DNA of 64,000 bases from Eledone cirrhosa (Eukaryota): contig OZ024740.1 in assembly GCA_964016885.1 (NCBI GenBank), forward strand, positions 61,070,001-61,134,000. The letters are read 5' to 3'. This document shows positions 1-11,226 of this stretch, piece by piece. Position 1 is the first letter of the stretch. Each line of letters starts with the position of its first letter. The translations under genes were made by a program, and so were the position numbers. A model generated the notes under the pieces. That model saw only the letters and a list, made by a program, of their open reading frames with translations. It searched no databases and was not told where the DNA came from.

Positions 1-1147
1 ATTTTCAAGACTTATTTTGAGATAAAAAATAACATGTGCAATGTTGTGAAATAGTGTACCAATTAACTCTGGTAGTGTTACGAGGTAGCCATAATCAACA
101 ATACGGTGAAATCTTAAAGCTACACATTACTGACTATATTATATGTTAGTCATATTAGCTGCTAACAGTGAGTATCATTTCATAGAACCTGACTCATACT
201 TTACAACTAACATTGAAGCCTTAAGGGAAATGTTAAGCTTGACTCATTTTATTAAGAAAATACACTCATAGCATTCCTACTTTAGCCAGCAAATTAGAAT
301 CTAGTTAGCTATAATAGATTTAATAACTAATATAGAAAATGTCACTGTATTAGCGCTTCAACAAACAAAGGTCAACAAGATGTGTCAAGGAGTGCTTGAA
401 GTTTTATGAAAAATTTAGTATCTCTGATTTCGCTGAATATATATAGTGTCAGTTGAACTAACGAAATGTTGAGAGAAACTTTTCTCTTTATAAGTGACAA
501 GTCAATGAGTATTTTACCAGGGATCATTTAGTGATTCTTTTTTGACTTTTTGTTTTCTAAAAAATAAAAAAAACACTACGTTAGTGTATGGAAATAAGAA
601 TATAAGAACTAAACATTTGTGTCATATGTTTTCTATTTACATGATGGAATTTGTTCCTTAGCCCCATGTCAGCCATAATCTAGCAGACCTATGACCACAA
701 GTGTTATAGTGATGATCATCCCATCAATAAATTAGACATAAGACTACATTATCCAGTGTGTCCTACTTTTTTAAAACAACAGTAGAGTGAAGGTTGATTT
801 GAAGGAGATTTGGTTTCTATTTCTAACAGGCCAAATGACCATGGTAAGGCTATCTCATTGGCCCAAATTAGTTGGATTTGTATTGAAAATTAGTTATCTC
901 TAATAGCATACAAATGATATAATTATATGTCTATATATATTTCTTCAGTGTACTGTGTTTTGCTTTGTTCCTTCCATTTACGTTTTGCATGATTTCTTGG
1001 CTGCATGTTCTTCCTAACAACATCCACTCTACAAAGTATGCTGGCTACGTTTTCATGACAGCAGTATTATCACATTACAGAGTGGACTAGGTGCATTGTA
1101 TAATAGTGTGCTTATATATATATAAATAAATGATGATGATGATGATG

Positions 1148-1180
<33 letters not shown>

Positions 1181-1344
1181 TCATTATCTAACATTGGTTT
1201 TCCTTGCTAGCAAGGGTTGGATAGGTTGTCATAAATAACATCAATAGTCAAGTGGAGCTATTGACCTCTCCGATGAGCTGAGGACACTCATCTCATATAT
1301 GTCCAGGCACTCTATGTATATATGTGTGTGTGCATGTGTGTTGG

Positions 1345-1700
1345 GAGAAAGATAAACTGCAAAGAAAGCATGGGAGGAAGATAGGCTGCCCCAAGGGGAC
1401 CCAACAGAGGGACCAGTCATACAACTCAGCAGCAGCATAGTAAGGCAATTAAGGATATGAAGACAGGCAAAGCAGCTGAACTATCAGGGATTGTTGCAGA
1501 GATTCTGAAAGCATCTGGAATGGTGGGTCAGACTTTAACCACCCATATTGTAAACCAAGTAATACAGAATGGTGTCATACCCAATGACTGGCATAGTAGC
1601 ATCATCGTCAACTGCTACAAGGGTAAAAGAGATGCACTAGACAGAGGAAACTATTGAGGTATCAAGTTGATAGACCAGGTCATGAGAGTCACAGAAAATA
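1345..1700 (+). mobile_element. RTE-clade LINE reverse-transcriptase fragment (degenerate)
   Basis: Translation KTGKAAELSGIVAEILKASG...[35 protein letters not shown] matches the RT N-terminus of the RTE copy at 54524-55651; in-frame stop present. Confidence 0.8.
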
Positions 1701-2088
1701 CATAGCTGTTTAAGGTTAAACATATTCAACTTTAAAGTTAAACACTGACTAAACAATATTAAATATTTGTATGACACTCCTTATTGTAAAAACAGTAGTA
1801 CTATCATGGGCATTTGCATCAGCTTTTTCAAGACTGCATGTGAACTATAAGCCCCCCCCCCCCTCCCCGTCCCTAATACACACATACTTTCAAGCTACAA
1901 GCATCTATCATCAGATTGACTAAGTCTTTGGGTCTGACTGAACATTTAAAATGGAAACACATCAACATATACTTTGGTTGCTTGAGTTTAAGAAAAACTT
2001 TCACTGTACTTTCAGAAATGGGAAATATTTCAACACATGAAAAATAATTTTTTACTAACTAAGTGAAAAATATTGCAGTGTAAGATTT

Positions 2089-2859
2089 CTATGATTGTAC
2101 ATCTATATGTGTTTTCATGTAATAACATAACAGTGAATTTCCACACATTTCACAGTGATATGGTTTATCACTGAGATGAGTTTTTACATGTTCTTTTAGA
2201 TGGGAATTTTGAGAAAAGTCTTTACCACATATTTCACAGTGAAAAGGTTTTTCTCCAGTATGTATTTTAATGTGTTCTTTTAAATGGGAATTTCGAGAAA
2301 AATCCTTTCCACAGATTTCACATTGAAAAGGTTTCTCTCCTGTGTGTATTTTTATGTGTTCTTTAAGATAGGAATTCTGGGAAAAATCTTTGCTACATAT
2401 TTCACAATGATATGGTTTTTCTCCTGTATGTGTTTTAATATGTTCTTTGAGGTGGGAATTTCGAGCAAATTCTCTTTCACATATCTCACAATGGAAAGGT
2501 TTCTCACCAGTGTGGATTCTAATATGTCTTTTTAAAGTTGAATTATCAACAAAATCTTTACCACATATATCACAGTGGAATGGTCTTTCTCCAGTGTGGG
2601 TCCTTATGTGACGGCTTAATAAAGAGTTTCTGGAGAATTCTTTCCTACATAACTCACACTGGAAAGGCTTCTCACCAGCATGTGTTCTTATGTGTTTCCT
2701 CAGATAAGAATTTAAAGCAAAATGTTTTCCACAAAGCTCACAACCAAAAGCTTTCTTTACAACATGTGTTTTTAAATGCATTCTTAAATCCCTTTTCAAA
2801 GTGAAATTTTTACCACAGATTTCACAATGAAATGGTCTTAGAACCAAATTTTGTTGCAT
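2089..2859 (-). CDS. Tandem C2H2 zinc-finger protein, 256 aa, 8 complete fingers plus a degenerate ninth
   Basis: Repeated CxxC-x12-HxxxH units joined by TGEKPF/Y linkers; polypyrimidine tract and AG acceptor at 2988-2987 upstream of the ATG (exon starts at 2986). Confidence 0.93.
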   Translation of the reverse strand: MQQNLVLRPFHCEICGKNFTLKRDLRMHLKTHVVKKAFGCELCGKHFALNSYLRKHIRTHAGEKPFQCELCRKEFSRNSLLSRHIRTHTGERPFHCDICGKDFVDNSTLKRHIRIHTGEKPFHCEICEREFARNSHLKEHIKTHTGEKPYHCEICSKDFSQNSYLKEHIKIHTGEKPFQCEICGKDFSRNSHLKEHIKIHTGEKPFHCEICGKDFSQNSHLKEHVKTHLSDKPYHCEMCGNSLLCYYMKTHIDVQS

Positions 2860-3630
2860 CTTGATTATAGAAGAAAGCTTTTTTTTTAAAAGTTTCTTCA
2901 GTTACAAGTGTCAGTAATTTCAAAAACACTACGAGCAAGTCATCAGCAAGCATTTGTATGAACTGTGTAATCTCCAATTTCAAAGTCTAAAAAAATAAAG
3001 AAATCATTTTAAATGTTAGCATCAAAATTTTCATTCAATTTTACAGAAAAACATACAAGCAAATTACTTCTAAATTATGATTGATCAGGCCCTTTATATA
3101 GTATAAAACTGAGGTGTTTTGTAAGTATAGTTTGATGCATGTAACTAATTCTATATATAGAAGATATGAATAAGTTGCTATGAATCAGTCAAAATTGTAA
3201 TCTTTTCAGATATATAGAATTAGTAATAATTATCAGCAAAAATGTTATCTAAAACAGATTGGGAAAAAATATTCTTCATGATTTACTATAGTTTACTCAG
3301 AATAAAACTATTTAATTGAATATCACTTTTTACTATTATCTATAGAAGTTTACTTAAGTTTTATGTGCAGTACAGATGCTCAAATGAATCAAAGATAAGT
3401 CCTATTGGGCTGAAGTGGTGAGAGCTGATCTCAAATCACTGAGACTCACAGAGATGACAAAAGAATGCGGTGAGTGGAGAGATGCTGTGCTGAAAATAAC
3501 CCATCCAATCCATGCAAGGGTGGAAAAACAGATGTAAAGAAGATAATGATGATGATGATGATTTGTGTTTTGGAATCAGTTACAAATGTCTGTCTTAGTA
3601 AGAAAACATTATTATGGTGCTATAATTATA

Positions 3631-3840
3631 AACACTGATGCAGTAACATAATATAGGACATTGTCCTATTTCCATAATTAGGAACATTGGTACAGTACCA
3701 TAATAAAAGGCACTGTCATGGTGCCATATTTAGGAACATTGATGCAGTAACATAATACAGTGCATTGTCCTATTGCCATAATTAAGAATGTTAGTGCTGT
3801 GTCATAATATAGGGCACTGTCATGTTGATATAATATACTG
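3631..3840. repeat. Minisatellite, about 4 x 52-bp units
   Basis: Units aacactgatgcagtaacataatatagg... / aacattggtacagtaccataataaaagg... repeat about every 52 bp. Confidence 0.75.
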
Positions 3841-5230
3841 ATTTAATATGGTGAAAAAGATTCCTGTGTGAGAGAAAGATACTGGTATAGTAACATGGAA
3901 GTGAGCAGAAAAATTGTGTTGTACAATGCTAGAGAAAAAGTTATAACATATTGAAATGAAAGCCAATAGATGAGTTTTTAGCAGTTAATAACAGAAGGAT
4001 GTTTTAATGTAGTAACAAAGTTGTTAGAAGAAATAATGTAATTGTTATAACGCCACGAGTAATCAGTTTGGTAGAAAGATGTTTGGCAGTAAGGGTGCTT
4101 ACGGATATATCCCATTCTGGACAAAATCAACCAGTGAGACATCCTGTTAGATAGGTGAGCTATTCTTTCCTCCCTTGTACCTCTTCCATTCGAGGTTGAT
4201 AAAAAAGTAGAAGTCAAGTACTGGAGTCAATTCTCCCTCTATATCTCTTTCACACTTCAATTCTTCCACTCTCTATCCTACTCTGGAAGAAATCTGCTGT
4301 ATTCAAGCCTGGAGAGGAGATGGGCTCTGCTAGGTTTTAAAAAATGCCCTATAAATGCTGTATGTCTATATAGTGCCCCCATGACTCCCTCACGAGATAC
4401 GGGACCATGCATGCATCACAAGATAATAAGTTATTGAATTCCTTTGACTAAGAACATATCCAGTTGAATACAATATCACCAGTATATTATAGATATTTAT
4501 TTTATTATGTCCAAAGAGATGAAAGCATGTTGACAGTGGTAAGATTTAAACTCAGAATATAGATGTATGATACTTTATATTATTCTGTAATGCATCAAAT
4601 CTAACACAATTATTTCACAACTCACCCTTAGATAAATTTACTATACATCCTTAGAGAAACTGAATATTGATTGGTTGAAAGGAGGAAATGTTAATCCATA
4701 GCCTGATAAGCTGTCCTTCAGTCTACTACAATTATAAATGGCTAAGAGTTTTCCATGGTTGATATGACTATTTTAAAAAAGATGGAAGCTAATAAATTAG
4801 AATGACAGTGTGGTATGTAAAGATCTGCAGGGAATTTGACGTACCAAAACATTTTGATTGTTATGATAGTGAAACTAGTGAGTTCTTGGGAGCAGACACT
4901 GTTTTAGTAGTGATAAAAGTAACAAAAGCTAGATCACAGCATATGAGAAGGCTGGATTTATGGACAACACAACTATGATATAAATTAGGACACAACATGA
5001 AAATATATAGTAAGTTACAGTATCACAGACCTGTAAAATATGTCCAGCAGGGCAATTCTTATATTACTCTTGCTCATATGTTCCAGCCATAGTTGTAATT
5101 TTTTTGTGCTAGATACCCTTTCTAGTGCCAACCACTTTTGAGGGTGTACTGGGTGCACCAGCACTACCACTTTACAGAGTGTATGTAGTGTGTGCAGTTT
5201 ATTGAAACTATTATATTGATAACTATTATA

Positions 5231-5308
5231 TCTCCTGGACAGATTAGTGATTAATTTCGCCCTGAGTGTGTTTGTAACAGATAATCCTCGGGCATCATCA
5301 GGGAGAGA
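5231..5308 (-). ncRNA. Degenerate hammerhead ribozyme (inverted copy)
   Basis: Reverse complement of 5627-5708, but CAGA is deleted from stem III and the G closing stem I is changed to C. Confidence 0.65.
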
Positions 5309-5626
5309 ATTTGATTAAATGTGACAAACACCTAATGCTTACAGGCACATAAAAGTGAAAATTTCACCTCATGTGTTGCAAGTCAAAAGTTATAATGCTC
5401 AGTATTTATACTTTGAGCTTGTTAATTGCAGGGTTTCAGTATGAGTTATTAACTCTACCTTTCATTTATATTTCGGCTCCCTTTCTAGGTGAGCTTATAA
5501 GTTGTGTGTATTGGACTGTTATTTCTGGCCAATCCACTCACACCACTTTTGACTAGCAACGCATGAGGTGAAATTTTCACTTTTATGTGCCTGTAAGCAT
5601 TAGGTGTTTGTCACATTTAATCAGAT

Positions 5627-5708
5627 TCTCTCGCTGATGATGCCCGAGGATTATCTGTTACAAACACACTCAGGGCGAAACAGATTAATCACTAATCTGT
5701 CCAGGAGA
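5627..5708 (+). ncRNA. Type I hammerhead ribozyme
   Basis: CUGAUGA 5634-5640; stem II GCCC/GGGC; GAAA 5677-5680; 8-bp stem III ACAGAUUA/UAAUCUGU; GUC cleavage triplet 5699-5701; stem I UCUCUCG/CAGGAGA with one mismatch. Confidence 0.8.
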
Positions 5709-6379
5709 TATAATAGTTATCGAGGCGGTCTGTATATATTTTTACCTTTCTGTCTGTTTCATGGTTAAATATTTCAAACAAATGTGGTTCTTTAACCCTC
5801 ATAATATTAGACACACGATTTACTGTGTTTATTACTGCATATATTATTATAATGCTCAGTATTTATACTTTGAGCTTGTTAATTACAGGGTTTCAGTATG
5901 AGTTATTAACTCTACCTTTCATTTATAAAAATAAATACATAGATATAGGCATGGCTATGTGGCACAGGCATTTTGCAACCACATAGTTTCGGGTTCAGTT
6001 ATACAACATGGCACTCAGGGCAAATGTTTTCTAATATAGCTTCAAGTTGACCAATGCCTTGTGAAGGAAATTTGGTAGGCAGAAACTATGTGGAAGCCCA
6101 TTGTGTATATTTATGAATATATGTGTGAATGCATGTACATATATCTGTTTGTGAATATTCACTGCCTTGTAATAAAAAAGTTTGACAAAATAAGAACTTC
6201 CAAGAAAGAGTCACAAGCACATTGGGAAAGTCATGCTGCAAATAAAACCAAAATATAAAAATATCTGTTTCAACAAATTTCACATCAACAATCTTGCAAA
6301 ACAAATACAAAAATGAAATTTTATAAGTACTGTTACCACCAATTATTAATCCTCATTGTCATTGTTGCCATCATCATTA

Positions 6380-6710
6380 GTAGTTTAGTAGTGAGTCATG
6401 GGCACTGAATGTAGAGGATATGCAAAGGTTAGGAAGAAATGAATTGAGCATGCTCTGTTGGATGTGCAATGTACATAATTGATGAAGCACAGATGAGTTG
6501 CGAGAAAAAAAATGGGCATAAGAGGAATCCAATGTAGTGTGCAGGAGAAAAGATTGCATTGGTACAGGCATGTAATGTGCATGGATAATGATCATTGGGT
6601 GAAAAAGATGCCAAGAGTTCCAAGTGGAAAAAAAGCCATGGAAGAAGAAAATCACCTGGGAACAGGTGATGAAAGGTGATCTCAGAATGTTGAACCTAAC
6701 AAAGGAGATC
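6380..6710 (+). mobile_element. Degenerate RTE LINE 3' coding fragment
   Basis: Frameshifted similarity to the RTE C-terminus (LERNE..ML.WMC, VQE.RL.WY) seen at 53534-54067. Confidence 0.6.
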
Positions 6711-8356
6711 TTCTTATTCCTGAGAGGGTCGTGGGGGAAGACTCCTTAAACACTCCCTCCAGCGTGTCCTGTCAGAAGCAACCATCTCCATCTAATCCAG
6801 CTGGATCCCCAAGCTTGACCAGCCAAGCTCATTGATGTAATCTAACCATCTTGCTTGGAGTTTACCTCTGGGTCTCTTGCTGGTTGGTTTTGCCCGTAAA
6901 ATCTGTCCAGCGATTCTTTCCTGAGACATTCTAACCACATTCTAACAAAGGAGATGACAAAGATAAAAAAACCAAGTGGAGAGATGCTGTATTGGAGAAG
7001 ACCTATCTAATCCATATGAGCATGGAAGAAAAGAAACACGTTAGAAAAACAGATATGTTACAGTATAATAATCCATATTGCACTTTTATCACTGATCAGC
7101 ATGTTTTATTTTTCTACTCTGTGTAAACCATGTTCTCTTAGTTAGATTACAATAGATTAATTAGATCCACTCCACAAATATTAAGACTACTTGTAGATGT
7201 TTAACCCTGACTCACTCGATTATTCTTCTGGCAGTTAAGATCTTTCCTACAATAAACTGGTTTTTCCGATATATACCTTAATTTCTACATATATAGAGCT
7301 CAGCAACAATTGCTTGTAGAATATTAATGCTATCGCTATAAGGGTGATCCATCTGTAATTTTTAGCCAAGCCTAACTCACATTTCTCAGGAAATGGGGGA
7401 ATACAAACTTCAGTCCACTTTTCAATTGGGTTTTGATTGCATACATCATTATAAAAGGAGCATCTGACCAAATAAATAATTTACAGCAATGTTTTGCAAT
7501 TACTGATGTCATTAGAGAGAGACATATGCTTTTTGCAGGACATTGCTGGAGAGCTAAGCAAGAAGTCATTAGTGATGTACTCCTATGAGCATCATAACAT
7601 GGATATGCACAGGTCAGCTGTTCAGGAAAAACTTTCCTTAAGAAGCTTTGTATTGATATGTGATGTTACCCTGCTGATCTCCAGAATGTTATGCAGGATC
7701 AAGATGGTTGATATGATAACAAATATGAGAAAGCTTGACAGGTGATGATGAATTAGATCCACACAATCTTTCTACCTACAAAACCTTCCACAATTTATTT
7801 CACAATAATAAACATTTTTTTTTTTTCCATGTTATTTCTTTCCCAAATTATTTTCAAACTTGAGATTGTCTTTGAAACATTTGGATACAATTTTCCAATA
7901 TAATGACAACAGTCAATTAACCCTTTCGTTAGTGTTCTTCTAAGACACTGCTTATGATTTTCAAATAATTTTGAAAATAATCAAAAGTTTGGAGAGATTG
8001 AGTAATATAACTTACTTCTTATTATTAACTCTTTACATCCTGTAATGTTTTAGTAGAAAATATTTACATCTAAATTCAAATGTTTATAGTGTCTTTATGA
8101 ATGGACAGGTCATTGTGAACAGTATCAGAATGAAGACTTCAATATTTGATGGGATACAGTCATAGTACTATTTTATATTTTTCAGAAATGTCTTGCAAAC
8201 AGGGTTGAATTAAACACATGCTTAGGGCATCAAGAGAAGAAGGACACTATTTTATTCAAATTAAATGTATTTGTCATTCTCCAAAATGCAGACTATATGT
8301 ATATATGGTGCGAGGGATGATATATACACACACACATACACACATACATATATATA

Positions 8357-8620
8357 TCATCATCATCGTTTAACGTCATCTTCCACGCTAAAATGGGTTG
8401 GACGGATTTGTCTCACTTGAGGCAAGATTGGTTGGGTGACCATGTCTTGCTCATACAGAACTGTTTCTGGCAGGTTTTTTACAGTTGGATGCCCTTCCTA
8501 ACACCCACCACATTTACAGTGTGGAATGGGAGCCTTTTTACCGTGTCTCCTACACGACCACTATACAGTGTGGACTGGGTGCTTTTTGTTGTGTCACCTA
8601 CATGACCACTTTACAGTGGA
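8357..8620 (-). mobile_element. SINE copy with (GAT)n tail; one of many copies in the window
   Basis: Shared motif ggatgcccttcctaacacc and catcatcatc tail; related copies near 9618, 10412, 36786, 41960, 42300, 52817 and 53303. Confidence 0.7.
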
Positions 8621-9869
8621 CGGAAGTAGGAGGATGGAATGGGTGGGGTGTATATTGGGTTAAGAGGTGCCTACTGACTGTATATATATATATATACTCT
8701 TTGAAAGGATTTAATCTAACCCCACTTGCTAATGTGGTTTCATATGGTACTTGATGCTAAGAATTAAGCTAGTGTTTGGAGCAAAATTTAACAAAAGTTC
8801 TTACATAAAATTATGATGGATGGTTTTTTGATAAATATCATATAAAGATTATAACATAATTCTAAATACTGTATGTCAGATAGAAAGAAACAAAACAGAG
8901 GATGGTCACAGCTAGAATGATTGTGATTCTGTCTGTTCAGTCATGGATAAAACTAGTGCTAAACAACAATTGGCAATTCTCATCCACTTGATGCTATGCA
9001 GAATAGTATTAATAAGTAGCCCAATGAATCCTTATGACTTATGAAAGCAGTAACACTGTGCGCGTGTGCGTGTGTGCGTGTGCGCGCGCGTGTGTGTGTG
9101 TGTTTGCATGTACAAACACACATGTTGTACAAACACACATGTACTTTTTCACCTTCAGCATTTCTCTCTTGGTTATAACACTTTCTACAAGTCAAACAAC
9201 ACAGGACACATAATTATACTGGGAGTCATTAAGTTATCACATTTCACTGGAACTGGTTATAAAGTGAGATATGAAGTAAAAAGAAAGTCATTTCCCTTCA
9301 GCCAGAGGAAGTATAACAATTGCTAAGGGAAATGCTGCTGCTGCTGAAGGTGGTCTTCATAATTATGATAGTAGTAGTAGTAGCAGTGATGAACATCATG
9401 TTGTTAGTGATAATAATGGTGAAAATAGTGATGGCGTTAGCAGCAGTAATGATTATGATGTTGATATTTATGAATACATTAAGTGGCATTAAGAATCAGG
9501 GAGTGTATTGGATGAGAGTAGACACCAATACACACATCTCTCTCTCTCTCTCCATATATATATATTCAAAATAGGGCGAAAGCTTCTAATTCAAATTATA
9601 TATATATATATATATATATCATCATCATCATCATTTAATATCTGCTTTCCCAACTAGCAAGAGTTGGACAGGTCTACATAGACCAAATCGGTACTGAAGT
9701 GGGGCTACTGACCTCCCAGACAGGCCGAGGGGTCTGTATCCTACTTACGTACAGTCATATCCAGTACAGAGAAACGTTGTGTCTTTTGACACAAACTGAA
9801 GGGTCCTCTTAACCCCTTCTTTGGCAAGCTTTCTACAGCTGGATGCCCTCCCTAACACACATATATATA

Positions 9870-10400
9870 TGATGGCTGTAACTCAATTTTGAGTAATGCC
9901 ATCACTTGATACTTAAATATGAGTGTCACAGATGTGGCTTTTTAGTTCTGCTCGGGACTTGCCTGTGGCCAGCAATACCATGCATCACAAAAAATGTCAC
10001 ATATCAAGCAATGCCTGTGCTTGAAGCTTTTTTAGGTGAGGAAGGCTTTGCACGAGGCCAATACCACTCTCTGAACATCAAATGCATTTACCCAAAAGAA
10101 GAACTGATTTACATCATTCGATGCAAATGAAGTCACAGGTTTTATATCAGAGTGACCTTCTCCTAGAGAGATTTCTCAATGAAGACTAGGGGTCTCTCGC
10201 ACCACAAAAAAAAGAAGCTTTATTGGATGGCCGTTGACTCTCCTGAATTCCTCCACCCGCCGACGGGTTTTGTTTTTCATCCCGCAGGGTGTCCAAAATG
10301 ACCCTCCTCACCAAGCAAGCTTGGTGGGGTTGCTAGTTTAGTCGCCAATGACCCAACCATGCACAGGTTGTACTGGGTTACACGTTACCAGTAGTGCTGG
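9870..10400 (-). mobile_element. Older copy of the ~550-600 bp non-coding repeat also at 16485 and 17406
   Basis: Colinear similarity (aagcaatgcctgtgc..gaagcttt; ccctcctcaccaag...tttagtcgccaa). Confidence 0.7.
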
Positions 10401-11168
10401 TATACATATATATCATCATCATTCTCACCATTTAACGTCCACTTTTCCATGGTGGCATGGGTTAGACAAGTTATCCTGTTGTGAGCAATACTTGGTCAGG
10501 TGACCATGTCTTGCTCATACAGAACTGATTTTGGCTTGGTTTCTACAGCTGAATGCCCTTTCTAGTGCCAACCTCATTTACAGTGAGTAATAGGTGCTTT
10601 TTGTCATGACACCTATACTACCATTTTACAGTGAGGACAGGTTACTCTTTTTCTATGTTGCCATCATGACCACTTTACAGTGTGGGCTGGAGCCTCCACT
10701 GGATGTATACTTCAGTTTGGGGGATGTATGGGAGTGGGTGGGGTGGTACATGCTATATATATGCTTCAGTTATGGCCTGTGCTTGTGGGAATTCGGGTCT
10801 TCTGTATTACTGCATATATATATATATATAAATTGAATTAGAAGCTATCGCTTTATTCTAACTGCAGAAAATAGTATAATGTCAGGGCATATAACCCACA
10901 ATAATGGAAAACAATGGGTATCAGCATAGGTGTGAATTCATTTTCCATGTGTTTTGACTAGATACACAAGAGCTTTCCTCCCGTGAAAAATATATTTTGT
11001 TTTCTATTTCTTTTAGTTCTTATTCTTATCAACCTTTCTATTTCTTCATCAATCTTTTAACCTATCTTCCAATGAAGGACTAACATCCAAAATGTTAAGA
11101 CTCAATAACAAGCATTAAACTAAGATATATCATCATTGTACTGTATTGCTCTCCTGTGTTATTTTCTG

Positions 11169-11226
<58 letters not shown>

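Larger units (their letters stand above)
5218..5927 (+). mobile_element. Non-coding Penelope-pLTR/retrozyme-like insertion: 457-bp unit with partial tandem repeat and 5' inverted segment
   Basis: Direct repeat 5391-5470 = 5848-5927; inverted repeat 5218-5390 vs 5545-5721; hammerhead motif inside the unit. Confidence 0.75.

Noticed and set aside
2284-2804. Plus-strand ORFs over the zinc-finger gene
   Set aside because: Antisense shadows of a repetitive coding exon.
9298-9574. Hydrophobic membrane-protein-like ORFs
   Set aside because: Derived from degenerate trinucleotide repeats (GTA/GAT/GCA).
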